A stretch of 64,000 nucleotides of DNA. Origin: Naegleria gruberi. Its lineage: Eukaryota. A program made the translations under genes and the position numbers. Location: the NCBI GenBank assembly GCA_000004985.1, contig GG738848.1; one strand, 5' to 3'. Below the pieces are notes generated by a model. It was not told the origin of the DNA. It worked only from the letters and a program-made list of their open reading frames with translations, and did no database searches. The stretch's first letter is position 1. Every line of letters begins with the position of its first letter. Positions 1 to 11,078 of this stretch are shown here, in pieces.

Positions 1-88
1 TTCTATTAAATGGTGAAATGAGAAAAAAGCAGCAATATGAAATATTTGACATTGGGGAAGAATATCATAACAAAATAACAAAAAGTCA

Positions 89-160
89 TAGCAAATCTAG
101 GTTTCGATCCTAGGACCTATGGGTTATGAGCCCATCGCGCTTCCGCTGCGCCAATTTGCT
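89..160 (-). tRNA. Eukaryotic initiator tRNA-Met (anticodon CAT), 72 nt without CCA
   Basis: The reverse complement reads AGCAAATTGGCGCAGCGGAAGCGCGATGGGCTCATAACCCATAGGTCCTAGGATCGAAACCTAGATTTGCTA. It has an A1:U72 acceptor pair, a CTCATAA anticodon loop, and GGATCGAAACC in the T-arm (A54/A60 rather than T54). These are hallmarks of eukaryotic cytoplasmic tRNAi-Met, and the D-arm GGCGCAGCGGAAGCG matches the initiator consensus. Confidence 0.8.
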
Positions 161-627
161 TTACATTTATATTTCTAAAAAAAACATTTTGAAATATATT
201 ATCAGACTTTTAGAGCCAGTAGATTCTTTTCTATTACATTTTCTTTGTTGTTATTTGCTTCTTTATATTTTGTATTAATTTGTATTAGCCAAATCAGTAC
301 TTCCGTAAATTACTTCGAATGGTCCATGTCTTGTCTTTCACTGTTCATCAAATTCTTCTCGAAAGAATCTACCTCTATTCGCAACTCAAAAAAAAGAAGG
401 TAAAATCTCCTACCACTACAATATTTTAATAATAAAACGAAAATCCAGCTCAGGTTCATCTCTTAAGTAAAACCAAGCAAAATATATGCGCACAATCGGG
501 AGGCTATTTACTAATTGGTAAACATTATTTCGTTTTGGGAAGTTGGCATAACATATAAATTGAACAATTAAACAAAAAAAAATGACACAACAACAACAAT
601 TGATAAATATTAATTTTTAATAATACA

Positions 628-1359
628 ATGGAAACTCAAATTGTAACAATGGAAGAAGGAACCTATGATGATATTTTGGAATGTTCAATTTTTTCTGATA
701 ATACACCAACCAGTTCAAAGGAAATAACTTCATCTTTGGAAAGAAAATCTAAAAGAAAAGGAAGAAAACAATCAACTAGCACCAAAAGGAAAAGTGCTGA
801 GATTGAAGAAGGAAAATCAAAAAAAAGAAAGTCAAATGAGGAAGAGGAATGTGATTTTATTTTGGAAAAAGGAGTTTTTACATTTGAACCAAGCTTTCCA
901 GAGTGGAATCAAGTACCGAAGCCTGTTTTGGATACGTATAAGGTGGTTTGGGAAATGTTCGCAACTTGTGCTCGTTGTACTATCCATGAACAATTGGAAA
1001 TGAAGAACACAAGTAGAGTGCACCATATGGTAATTGGAAATTGTTTACCAACTGTATTTTATCTTGTATTGAAGGAATCAAAAGGAAAGTTCTATCAGTG
1101 GTATCAAAATGTAATGCAACATGGCATAAAGGTGAAACAAGATTGCATTCAATTTAGATTTAAAGATTGTTTGCCACCTCTAGATAATTTTGATGATTGG
1201 GCTGATTTTAAATTGAACATCACCAACGATACGTTCAAGTATGGTAAAAAAGAAATGGTGCACCACTTAAAGATTAAGTACATTTCTTTGACTTGCAATG
1301 TATCCTCTTTCCAAGTTTATACTTCATTCAAGTTTGAGAAAGAAATTATTTTACAATAA
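628..1359 (+). CDS. Hypothetical protein (243 aa) with a Lys/Ser-rich N-terminal region and no recognised domain
   Basis: Long ORF with an ATG start and A-rich upstream context. Its composition is typical of the other genes. No motif recognised. Confidence 0.4.
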   Translation: METQIVTMEEGTYDDILECSIFSDNTPTSSKEITSSLERKSKRKGRKQSTSTKRKSAEIEEGKSKKRKSNEEEECDFILEKGVFTFEPSFPEWNQVPKPVLDTYKVVWEMFATCARCTIHEQLEMKNTSRVHHMVIGNCLPTVFYLVLKESKGKFYQWYQNVMQHGIKVKQDCIQFRFKDCLPPLDNFDDWADFKLNITNDTFKYGKKEMVHHLKIKYISLTCNVSSFQVYTSFKFEKEIILQ

Positions 1360-2089
1360 ATTTGTAATTATCTAATATCCCTCATTGTATTTTCAAATCG
1401 AAAAAAATAGGATCAGAGCATTCTATGGACCAAAACAGCCAAACTTTCATGAACATTCTAGCAGGTCTAACTCATTCAGAAATAAAATTTTTTTCTTTGA
1501 ACATTATCATGTTGAATGTATATGAGTGAAAAATGACAAGAATATGGATTTGAGAATATTAAGGCAGATAGTAGTATCGTGATTCCATTCAGTGTCTGAA
1601 CTGAGCTTGCACTTTGTGAAACATTCAATAATGAAGAGATTTCTCCGAGGATTTTATAGATGGGCGGATGGTTTTAAAATGAATCGATATGATCGAAATC
1701 ATTAACTCTAACATGTATTCTTTTACAAATACTTCTATTAAAAAATAGAAAATTAATTATAAACAGATGTGTGTTGACGGTTTTCTTATTTTGCTATTAA
1801 TCTGTAAATGTTATCCACTACCAATTTTAAAATTCAAACATCACCACCAGTATAGACAATATAGAACGATTTTGTAATTAATACAAAGAACAAGTTCATA
1901 CCAAAGGAATTGTCGTTTTATTGAGAAAATGAGAAAAAAATATTGTAGTGCTCCTCAACATCAATTATCTAAAGTACTGAAACAACATTGTATCGAGTTT
2001 GCATTCTCAAAAATTGTTTCATTTCCATTCAAAATTTATATTGTAAAGTATAGAACTAATTGAGCAATTACTCTCAGAGGTCTGAAACG

Positions 2090-3958
2090 ATGAAAGTATG
2101 CAATTCATCGACGAGCATACCTAAACCATCCTCTACTCCATTGCCTATTCATTGCTCTCATACCAAATTCTCAAAAAAGTCAACCTCCCCTTCAAATGTC
2201 AACGATTGTCATTTGATAATTAAACAACCACGACAAGTATTTTATACACTCATTGAAAAAGAAAAGTCAACATTGAATACAGAGAAAAAAAACCAACTTT
2301 TTCAACCAATGACCTCTAAAAAACACTCAACTAGCTCACCATATTTTTGTAAATTATTCGCTTCACTTCCTTCATCAAGAAGAACAATCAACTCAACATC
2401 TACTATTCACCAATTTAATTCTACTCATAAACAACAACATGAAATATCATCAATTGGTAAATTAACATCAAATCAATTATTAGAAAGGATGAAGAAAGCA
2501 TTTGAATTGGACGAATTGAATCGTTCGCGTATTTCAAATGCTTTTCAAAATGTTCCTCATCCAATTCCTGTAACTCTATCAAACTCAACAATATCTAAAT
2601 TGGAACGTGAAAATGTTGTGTATTCCATTTATAGTCATCCTTCAAGTGTGGTCAATTATAATTTTGAATTACAAAATCCATTACCAGAGCATGTAAAGGA
2701 GTTTTTCAATGGTTCTGAGAGAAGAATTGGATATTGTTGTCATGTCTGCTCAATGCATGCCAAGTCAATAATCTATTCGAATCATGAGAAGTTTCAAATA
2801 TATCATGGAGTGGAAATTGGAAAGGAAGAATTGAAGAAAATTGTTCAAATGTATGGAAATACTTATTCTGGATTGTTGGGTGGAAGAATATGTGATAGAC
2901 ATTATCAACAAATTTGTCTTTTCAATAATTCTATTCTATCCAATGTTTCACTTTCGAATAATGCGTCCAATACTCAACATTCTAGTGATTCGTCTATTGA
3001 AGTTCCAAGATCAAGACCTATTCGAACAGTGTCCTCTGTTTATGCCACCAAAAGATTTGCTTCTCAATTAGAAAATATAAAACATTCTCCAGGAAAGAAG
3101 ACGAAATATGCCACTGACGTTCTGTCAAGTGACGAATATGCCTTGACAACAAGTAGTGAGTCAGAAGAATCTGAAAATGAAGAAGAATTTCCAATTAAAA
3201 GAAGAACTTCAACCCGAAGACAACAAAGACAGGATTTAACATCAACTTTTAAATTGTTAATTCAAGAAGAAAGGCAAGACGAAAGTGGCCAAGCAATGGA
3301 AGAAACTGCTGAGAGAAGTGACTCAAATTATCAATCAATGCCTTCTCACGTTTCAAATTTGAAGCAGACAACTCTCCAATCAGAAGTTTCGAATAACACG
3401 AGCATTCCTTTCAGAAAGAGAAGATTTTTCAAAAGGAATTCCAATTCAATTGCCTCCTCAAAAATTTACAGAAGTTTTGATGTTGAAAATGTTTCGATAT
3501 TTGTAGTTCCTCAATGTAATGAAACAAATATTGAGGAAAATACCTTAAATACCAGTCAGGTGATTAACGATATTGATTCGAATGGATCATCCAATTCGAA
3601 TAGAAGTATCTCTAATTCTAATGATATTGATTCGAATTGTAATTCTACCTTGCCAATGATTCAATGTGCTTCTCCTGAGGAACAGAAACGATTGTATTTT
3701 ATGGACTTTATTGAATATGATGAAGAACAAGAGCAACAATCGAATAATCTGGTAGACGAAACCATGAAAGAAACTGATGACCTTTCTACCAATAAGATTG
3801 AACCAAATGAAAGTTCAGCATCTTCATTAATTGGAGAAACACAGAATTTGAACTATCTTGTAAAACTGATGGAACAATTAGTCAATCACGATGACGAAGA
3901 AGATTATACACAAGAAAATCAACGAAACAATGGAAGAAGAATCATTAAACGAAAGTAA
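2090..3958 (+). CDS. Hypothetical Ser/Asn/Thr-rich low-complexity protein (~620 aa) with a Cys/His cluster (GYCCHVCSMH...ICDRHY), possibly zinc-binding
   Basis: 1.9-kb uninterrupted ORF. The tracked ORF begins at TTG 2060; the first ATG is at 2090. It contains an acidic Ser/Glu stretch and a basic KRR tract. No catalytic motif recognised. Confidence 0.45.
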   Translation: MKVCNSSTSIPKPSSTPLPIHCSHTKFSKKSTSPSNVNDCHLIIKQPRQVFYTLIEKEKSTLNTEKKNQLFQPMTSKKHSTSSPYFCKLFASLPSSRRTINSTSTIHQFNSTHKQQHEISSIGKLTSNQLLERMKKAFELDELNRSRISNAFQNVPHPIPVTLSNSTISKLERENVVYSIYSHPSSVVNYNFELQNPLPEHVKEFFNGSERRIGYCCHVCSMHAKSIIYSNHEKFQIYHGVEIGKEELKKIVQMYGNTYSGLLGGRICDRHYQQICLFNNSILSNVSLSNNASNTQHSSDSSIEVPRSRPIRTVSSVYATKRFASQLENIKHSPGKKTKYATDVLSSDEYALTTSSESEESENEEEFPIKRRTSTRRQQRQDLTSTFKLLIQEERQDESGQAMEETAERSDSNYQSMPSHVSNLKQTTLQSEVSNNTSIPFRKRRFFKRNSNSIASSKIYRSFDVENVSIFVVPQCNETNIEENTLNTSQVINDIDSNGSSNSNRSISNSNDIDSNCNSTLPMIQCASPEEQKRLYFMDFIEYDEEQEQQSNNLVDETMKETDDLSTNKIEPNESSASSLIGETQNLNYLVKLMEQLVNHDDEEDYTQENQRNNGRRIIKRK

Positions 3959-4451
3959 ACTGTTTTATTCATATCTAAAAACAAAATCTCTCTTGGAGTG
4001 TTAGCATAAGGCTGAATTGAAATACTTGTTGATCAATCTCAAAATTTTGATCGAGATGGTTTCAACTTTGCTTCCTTCGATCACTAAATTACGAGCTACA
4101 TTGGTGAGAAAGTTGACAAATTTCACACATGGTATTGTCAGCATAAATCCATTGTTTTACATCACAATCTTCGAATTGAAGATCACTAAATGCGACCAAT
4201 CAGCAATTCGATCATTTTGTTAGTATCTTTCCTTCAATTAGGTGAATTAACTTGATATCTTTTTACAGTTTTTCTTGGGCTTTGCCACTTATTTATTTTC
4301 TCGCTGTTTGTCCAGTGATTTTTTGTAATAGGCGAATATTGTTCAATATATTAAACTCACCAATGGTTGGGATGTACATCCTATGCTTAATTACAACTTG
4401 TATTAAGGTCAACAACCGCCAAAATTTTTGATAAAATTAAAATCAAAAAAA

Positions 4452-6687
4452 ATGGCAAACAGGATTGAGGCTATTGTTACTAATAATAGCGAAAACAATT
4501 TTGACTTACAGGATCCACACAAAAAGCGGAAGAGAGATGTATTGTTGGAAACCAACAAAACAAAGAAGGAAGCCTCAAAAAAAAAGAAAAAAGAAAAAAC
4601 GAATGAAGAGAAATCTGTGTCTATTTCCCCACAAAATGAAGGCAAGCTGGCAGTGGCACTCGATATTCTCTCCAGATTCTATGATATCAAGGAGAAATCT
4701 GTTGGAAAACCATCTCAATCCAAACTTGAAAGTATTATCAAGGAAAATAATATTTCCGACTTGATCATGCATGATATTGAAAATATGAAATTTCCCTCTC
4801 ACTTTTCGGTGCGTGGCAAAAGACTTGCAAGAATCATTCAGTACACACTTTATGGATTTGATGTTGTCCTGAACAAAAAACAGACCAATCCTTTATTTGA
4901 GAAAAAGAGTGGAGTTATAACGAATATTGAGAATTTATTAAACTCCTATGTTAAGACATGTAACATTACAAATCTAATGAAGGGTTTGGAGCAGGAAGGC
5001 TTGACTTTCAACAAGAACTATACAACTTTTCTTCAATCCAAAGAACAATTGTTCAATGATCAATCAAAATTATCAAGTGAGGAAATTACAACACTCACAT
5101 TGCAACTTGTTCATGGTACAATGTTGAGCGCAATTATTCCTCCATTTAGGGATTCCAGCTCAAACAGTGAAATTGAATTAAGCAGACATTATTTCTCACC
5201 CATAATGAGTTTTACTACTCTTTTTGATGGTTGTACCGGTGGCTCGTAAGTAACTTTAGCTTGCTGCTTATTTAATATCAGTTAGAAGTTGCAGCATTAA
5301 GGATTACCTTCGTGTAGGAAGTTTGGAACAGAATCTCCAATCTCGTATTCCTGATTTTAGACCTGACGACCATACTCTTGTTTCTTACAGGAATAGTTTC
5401 AAATGTATCAGAATCATAAGAGAAGATTCCTCTGAAGCCTACCATTCACATACAAGCCATACGGATTTTATTGCACTAATTTCACAAATGAAGCTTGCAT
5501 TATCTCATGCTATTAGGGAGCTTATCAAAGAAGATTTTGAAAGCTGGCATGAAGAAATTATTGTTATGGGAATAACAACTGATAGAACAGAATCACACTT
5601 GTATTCAATACACTGTTCTCCAGAAGTTAAGAAGCAAGAGATTGTTCCTTCAAACTATCAACTCACGTTTATTGGCTCATACAAGCACAATATAATCAGC
5701 GATAGAATTCAACTTGTTACACGAATAATAACTGCTTTAATTTATCCAAAAATGGAAGATGTAAACAAATATTTAACTACCATGGCCAGCGAGGTCAGAT
5801 CTACCCAAAAGGATGTTGCATTTCCAAAGTTTTTCCTTGGTAAACCAATATCCTACGACCAGAATTATACTATTAGAAAACGTTCTATCATGAAACAGTG
5901 TAGTATTGAGGGGACAAAATATTTTGTTAAATATCTATCAAACAATTCTAACGAAAGTATGGATAGATATCGGTTCTTGACATTGTACGCATCAAATAAC
6001 AAAAAATTTTCATTTACACTTGCAGGCACCTGTATGAGTGGAATATTTGTGAGTGGTGATGCATTTCCCAATATTATGGATGTTTTTATTGATTTTATGG
6101 TTCAATTGAAACATTTAACAGCTAATTTACTAACTCACAATGATATCAAACCAGAAAATGTTGTACTATTCGATGGTCGATGGTTCTTTATTGACTTTGA
6201 AATAGCAAAAGAGTATATGGTTGTCGAGAATACATATGTAGATGAAAACAATCAACCTTTAAAAACAGAGAGTTTTTCAAGAGGTAGGTGGTAATGTTTT
6301 CTCAATTTTAATTTTGTAAAGGATACAGATCTCCAGAGAGTCAGCAGCAATTTGATTTCACCAGATAGTGATATTTACTCATGCGGATTGATTTTATTGG
6401 AGCTATTGAATGGAAAACGACTCTCTGCAATGGAGGACAACACCATTCTTCAAAAGTACTTGGAACAGGTGCATCCAAGAAACCAAGACGAAGAAACCAT
6501 TCTCTCAATTCTTCCTCACATGCTTATCTCTGATCCTGCACAGAGATTGTGTGCTGATGATTTGTTACACCTTGCTTGCTCTCCTTCAAAGGCTCAAAGA
6601 GCAAAGTCTTCTTGTAGATTCCTATTTTATGGACAAGGATCGTTTCAAGAGAACTTTTTTCAACTTCTCAACAGAAAAGATGTCTAA
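4452..6687 (+). CDS. Atypical protein kinase-like gene. Proposed exons 4452..5245, ~5286..6283 and 6322..6687, with an apparent +1 frameshift near 6348-6368
   Basis: The catalytic-loop motif HNDIKPENV matches HRDLKPEN. DFE replaces DFG. After a 38-nt GTAGGT...AAAG intron the sequence reads G-YRSPE (the APE motif), then DIYSCGLILLELLNG (subdomain IX) in the +1 frame. The exon 1/2 junction is GTAAGT...TTAG with a 40-nt intron that keeps the frame. Confidence 0.55.
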
Positions 6688-6726
6688 ACGACTAGTGCAA
6701 TAGGTTCAACAACATCACCAATATTG

Positions 6727-6990
6727 AGGCAATCATTCCTCCATTTAGGGATTCCAACTCAGGTAGTGCAATCCAATTTAGTAGAACTATTTGGCACCTA
6801 TTATGAGTTTTACTACTATTTTTGGGGTTTTTACTGGTGGCTAAGCATCTTCTGATTTTTCATATTTTAAGTTAGAAATTGTATCATTAAGGATTACCTT
6901 CATGTAGGAAGCTTGGAAGTAAACTATTTTATTCACGTTATAAAACTAAATCTCGCCAGTGTTAGCATAGGTACGCTGAATTGAAATCAA
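6727..6990. repeat. Degenerate chimeric duplicate: 6731-6918 copies 5131-5330 (kinase-like exon1 end, intron, exon2 start) and 6917-6990 copies 3947-4025 (3' flank of gene 2090-3958)
   Basis: About 80% identity by eye. Shared strings include CATTCCTCCATTTAGGGATTCCA, ATGAGTTTTACTACT, CATTAAGGATTACCTTC.TGTAGGAAG and AGTGTTAGCATA.G...CTGAATTGAAAT. The junction lies at TTGGAA|GTAAAC. Confidence 0.6.
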
Positions 6991-7359
6991 TTTCAAAAGA
7001 ATTAAAACACGTTTCGATTGATAATAGATCTTTACAACAGAGTTTGAAACACATATATGGAAAACGTGATCAACTTTCTCAAAAAAAACTGGCTGGGTGA
7101 CATGACGGCACGTTTTCAACGTGATGTTTTCACGTTTCATGTAAAGTTCAACTAAATTTTTCAAACAATTCGCAAAAAACAAAAAAAACCAACAAATTAA
7201 GGTTGAATAACAAAATTTTAAACAGCTATACACACTAAGATACCAAGAGTATTGAATTGGAATCCAAGCTGACTTTCTAAATTGTAACTTTCAATACTAT
7301 TGAAGATCATAAAATAGTTGCATCTATTAATATATTACTCAAAAAACTTTACAAAAAAA

Positions 7360-7983
7360 ATGACAGAACAACTACTCACACAATCGCCCGTAGCCAATCG
7401 TCAGCAAAATAACAATACCTACAAAGTTTCGGAATCTGATGTTTCATCATCAATCCGAGGACCATTTACTCTAGATTATATTGAACAGCAGAAAACTAAG
7501 GAATTATTAAAATATTGTGTGGCTTTGAGGGATTTTAGGTTGAGAGATAAATACATACAACCCGAAGAGTTGCAGAATTGGGAGATTTGTAAATGTCAGT
7601 TTATGTTTAAGGAACATAACATGATGGAAGTGTTGGTGAGTGAATTGTATAGATTGAAGGGATATGACAGAACGAGTAATGTTATTGGTAGAAATTCGAA
7701 TACTAGCTTGAATGCATTATATAATGAAGTGAATCAAGCACTTCAAGATTTAAAGATTGAGACTATGAAATTACAACCAGTTTATGAGGATTCCAAACAT
7801 AAACATTTGATGGAAATGTGCAATAATAATGAAATATCGACATCATTTTTCTCCAGAGAACAAACACCAGTGGAATTAATATTTATGGAATTCTCCAATC
7901 TTGCTGAGAGGATTGTGGAGCTTAATCAAACAATTATTGAGCCAATTATTAGAAATATTAGTAAAGCTAGTGGTAATTACTAA
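7360..7983 (+). CDS. Hypothetical protein (~207 aa)
   Basis: ORF preceded by the A8-ATG context seen at other starts. No recognisable domain. Confidence 0.4.
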   Translation: MTEQLLTQSPVANRQQNNNTYKVSESDVSSSIRGPFTLDYIEQQKTKELLKYCVALRDFRLRDKYIQPEELQNWEICKCQFMFKEHNMMEVLVSELYRLKGYDRTSNVIGRNSNTSLNALYNEVNQALQDLKIETMKLQPVYEDSKHKHLMEMCNNNEISTSFFSREQTPVELIFMEFSNLAERIVELNQTIIEPIIRNISKASGNY

Positions 7984-8388
7984 AATTAGAAATTGTTCTG
8001 CAAAAGTTTCTTCTTTCAATGTAACCTTAAATATAACCCATGCTTCCAATGAATTGGTTCCGTACCACTTCAATCTCTCAATAAACAAAAACTTATTATT
8101 AACATTAACTTCTCAACTATTTGAAATAACGTTATGAGATTCAAAATAATAAAAAACAATTTCCAAATTGAAAAAAAAACCAACAACAATTCACAGCAAG
8201 GGAATTTTTCTCTCTCGTTGAAGATAACAACAACTCTGAAACTCTAAAAACTCTCTCCGAAGGAAATATCGGATTTTATAGTAGGTTTTAAGATATACTA
8301 GTATTCAATTCTTACGCATCATCATCATCAAATTAATATATTAATATATTAATATTAATAAATTAACAACAACAATTAAATAGCAAAG

Positions 8389-9708
8389 ATGCCGAAGAAG
8401 ACTAAAAAAGAAATTAAAGACGAACGATTAAAATCAGCACTTGCTGATGAAGATTCTGATTCCTACGATGAACAAAGTGATGTTTCTACATCAACCATGG
8501 CTCGTCATGCCACAATGGAACAACTTGCAACAGAATTATCGGAAGGAATTGAAAACCTCACAGAAAAGGCTGCTGCTAAACGTTTGGAAGGCTTGACTAC
8601 TATTTGCAAAATTATGAAATTACGTTATATTATTGAAATTCTAGGTGGACAATTAGAATCTTTAATTAATGGTGCTATTCAATGTTGTGCTAAATCTACA
8701 TCAGCAGAAGAAACAATTTTAGCTTTTAATTTATTTACTCTTATTTCTACAACTATTGGAGGATGTTCATCTGCCAATGACCAAAGAAACTTGTTTGGTT
8801 CCAAGTCTTTGAATACTAGTAAATCAGCCAGTGTAATCCTCACTGAAGATAATAGCTTGAGAATGAAGGAAGTATTAACAAGACATGCTGATGCTGCTAC
8901 AAAGAAAAAGTCCGAAGTTAGATGTGAAGCATTATTCTCCTTGTCAGTATTGGAATTTATGGATTGTTCTCCAGAAGATTTGATTTTGGAAAAGGAAAAT
9001 AACAAGTTGGATGTTTTTAAACAATATTGGAATGACCAAGATGAACAAGTTGCTTCAACAGCTATTGAAGGATGGTCTTTGCTTGCTACAATGATTCCGA
9101 ATAAGTATAAGGTTTCAATTCTTGTTCCATCATCATTGAAACTTTTATCTAGTATTATTGCTTCTGAAACTAAAAGTTCTAGTGAAAAGATTGCTGCAGG
9201 TCAAGCTGTTGCTCTCTTATTTGATGCTATTAATAATATGGAAGATAGTTCAATTGCTCAAGTAGAATATGATAATTTGGTGACAGCCATGAATAAGGTT
9301 GCTTCCATCTCTACTAAATCTGTCTCAAAGAAGGAAAGAGCAACACAAAGAATGAATTTCCGTAACTTTGTTAATACTGTTGAAGATGGTGATTGTCCAG
9401 TTGAAGAAATGAACGTTTCTGGTAATGTTCTCTTGTTTGAAAATTGGGATCGTTTGGTTCAACTTGTCAATTTTAAGAGAGTATTGGAAGGAGGAATTTT
9501 GGAACATTTCAAATTTAATTCAAATCTACAACTTGCATTTGGAGTTGATGGCATGGATCTCAGTGTTGAAAAACAAGCTTCCAAGCTCGATTCCATGCAA
9601 AAGAAATTCTATCTTTCAAAGAATTCTGACTTTAACAAGAATGATACCCTTGAAAAGAATAAGCTCACTAGGCAATTTTCAAATTATGTACAAACTGAAG
9701 AAGATTAA
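8389..9708 (+). CDS. Interferon-related developmental regulator (IFRD/Tis7) family protein, 439 aa
   Basis: Several blocks are collinear with IFRD1: AAKRLEGLTTICK against AKTRQAALEGIKN, KIAAGQAVALLFD against RIAAGESLALLFE, and NFRNFVNTVEDGDCPVEE against VFRDVLRAVEERDFPTE. Single exon. Confidence 0.7.
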   Translation: MPKKTKKEIKDERLKSALADEDSDSYDEQSDVSTSTMARHATMEQLATELSEGIENLTEKAAAKRLEGLTTICKIMKLRYIIEILGGQLESLINGAIQCCAKSTSAEETILAFNLFTLISTTIGGCSSANDQRNLFGSKSLNTSKSASVILTEDNSLRMKEVLTRHADAATKKKSEVRCEALFSLSVLEFMDCSPEDLILEKENNKLDVFKQYWNDQDEQVASTAIEGWSLLATMIPNKYKVSILVPSSLKLLSSIIASETKSSSEKIAAGQAVALLFDAINNMEDSSIAQVEYDNLVTAMNKVASISTKSVSKKERATQRMNFRNFVNTVEDGDCPVEEMNVSGNVLLFENWDRLVQLVNFKRVLEGGILEHFKFNSNLQLAFGVDGMDLSVEKQASKLDSMQKKFYLSKNSDFNKNDTLEKNKLTRQFSNYVQTEED

Positions 9709-9821
9709 ATGTATTTTTATGTCTAACAAGTTTTCAAGTATTACTTTTTGGAATAATGATATTGAACTTTGTGGAATTATTTTTGGATTTTTGGACAATA
9801 TCTTGTTGAATGGAAAACAAA

Positions 9822-11078
9822 CTATTTATTCAAAATTTTCAAATCAGAAGTGGATTCATTCTCATCAGGTAAATGTTTAGCCAATTCGTGCATGGCTGCA
9901 ACTTCATTAAAAGTCACGGAAGAAAGTGAAGATTCATCAATACTAGCAACACGGTGATTTTCCTTCTCATTTTCAATGGTGGCTGGGATAACTCCTTTCG
10001 ATTCAAGATCTGAATATTTGAATGAACCTCTCTTGAAATGAGTATAATAATAGTATTGACTCAGTATTAAACAATCGAGGAAGATATTAATGGTCGATTC
10101 AGTCAACCAAGGAAGACGACCAAGAAGATAATTTGGTTGAACACTGTAGAGCCAAATAGAGGTCAAATAACACATGTTACCAAATATTCCAATGCTGAAA
10201 TAGGTTGGCGACAAGCCGTCGGTTGACTTTCTGGAGAAATTCCAATAAATTTGAGGCAATCTACTGCCAACATACATGATTGCACAAATACAACCAATTG
10301 TATAGCCAATGATACCTTGAACAGTGTTTGGAGGGAAAACGAAATCTTCCTTTTCTTCCTCTACTTCTTGAATGGTCAAGAGTTTTCTGGAATGTTTGGA
10401 AGGTTGACTAAATGGGCTAGTATTTACATTTTGGAAGGAAATTATTAACAAGGTACCCAGTAAGAGTATAATAAATAATGAAACTACTTTGGATGATTGT
10501 AATTGTGTGGATTTCAATTCAACATCTTCAAAATCATCCATCTGACTCGATGTCACATTTGACAAATTTAAACTCGACGAACTAATTGGTGAAATTTCAA
10601 TGGATTTCTTATCCTCAACTTGTTCTTCCTTCTTCTCAACCTTCCTTCCTCTAATCTTTTGCAACCAAACCACATAGTACAAGTATTGGAAAACCAAAAT
10701 GAAATCCATCGAAACAAAATACGAAGCCAACAAAATTTGAGTAATCAATTGACCACTCAATACACACGCAAGCAAATTACTAGCATCTCCCATCACATTC
10801 TGAGCCAAGAATCCAGCAGATAGTGAACTAGCATCTCTATTCTTGAAATTTGCAATAATTTGTGGAAAGAGAGCACACATCCACAAGGCAATCGAAACTA
10901 AACCCACATAGAAAGAAGCTTGTTCCAAAGGTGAATGAACACACTCTCCAAAGACATTATAAATCCAAGGAACCATCTCATTTCCAAGAGCATCAAAGGC
11001 AGAACACAACTCGCTGCTACTCGTTGCAGTTCCATTATTAAATAATGTCTGATTCGTCGTCATATTATTGAACAACAT
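9822..11078 (-). CDS. PQ-loop repeat (PQLC2/Ypq-like) seven-TM lysosomal/vacuolar cationic amino-acid transporter
   Basis: Two PQ motifs are present (FPQIIANFKNRDASSLS and LPQIYWNFSRKSTDGLS) within a seven-helix hydrophobic profile. The likely start is MLFNNMTTNQ at 11078; the tracked ORF extends further upstream. Confidence 0.75.
   Translation of the reverse strand: MLFNNMTTNQTLFNNGTATSSSELCSAFDALGNEMVPWIYNVFGECVHSPLEQASFYVGLVSIALWMCALFPQIIANFKNRDASSLSAGFLAQNVMGDASNLLACVLSGQLITQILLASYFVSMDFILVFQYLYYVVWLQKIRGRKVEKKEEQVEDKKSIEISPISSSSLNLSNVTSSQMDDFEDVELKSTQLQSSKVVSLFIILLLGTLLIISFQNVNTSPFSQPSKHSRKLLTIQEVEEEKEDFVFPPNTVQGIIGYTIGCICAIMYVGSRLPQIYWNFSRKSTDGLSPTYFSIGIFGNMCYLTSIWLYSVQPNYLLGRLPWLTESTINIFLDCLILSQYYYYTHFKRGSFKYSDLESKGVIPATIENEKENHRVASIDESSLSSVTFNEVAAMHELAKHLPDENESTSDLKILNK

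Noticed and set aside
1561-1700. Possible snRNA (AGTAGTATCGTGATTCC resembles a U4 segment) between the first two genes.
   Set aside because: The similarity is limited to about 12 nt. There is no Sm site and no convincing secondary structure.
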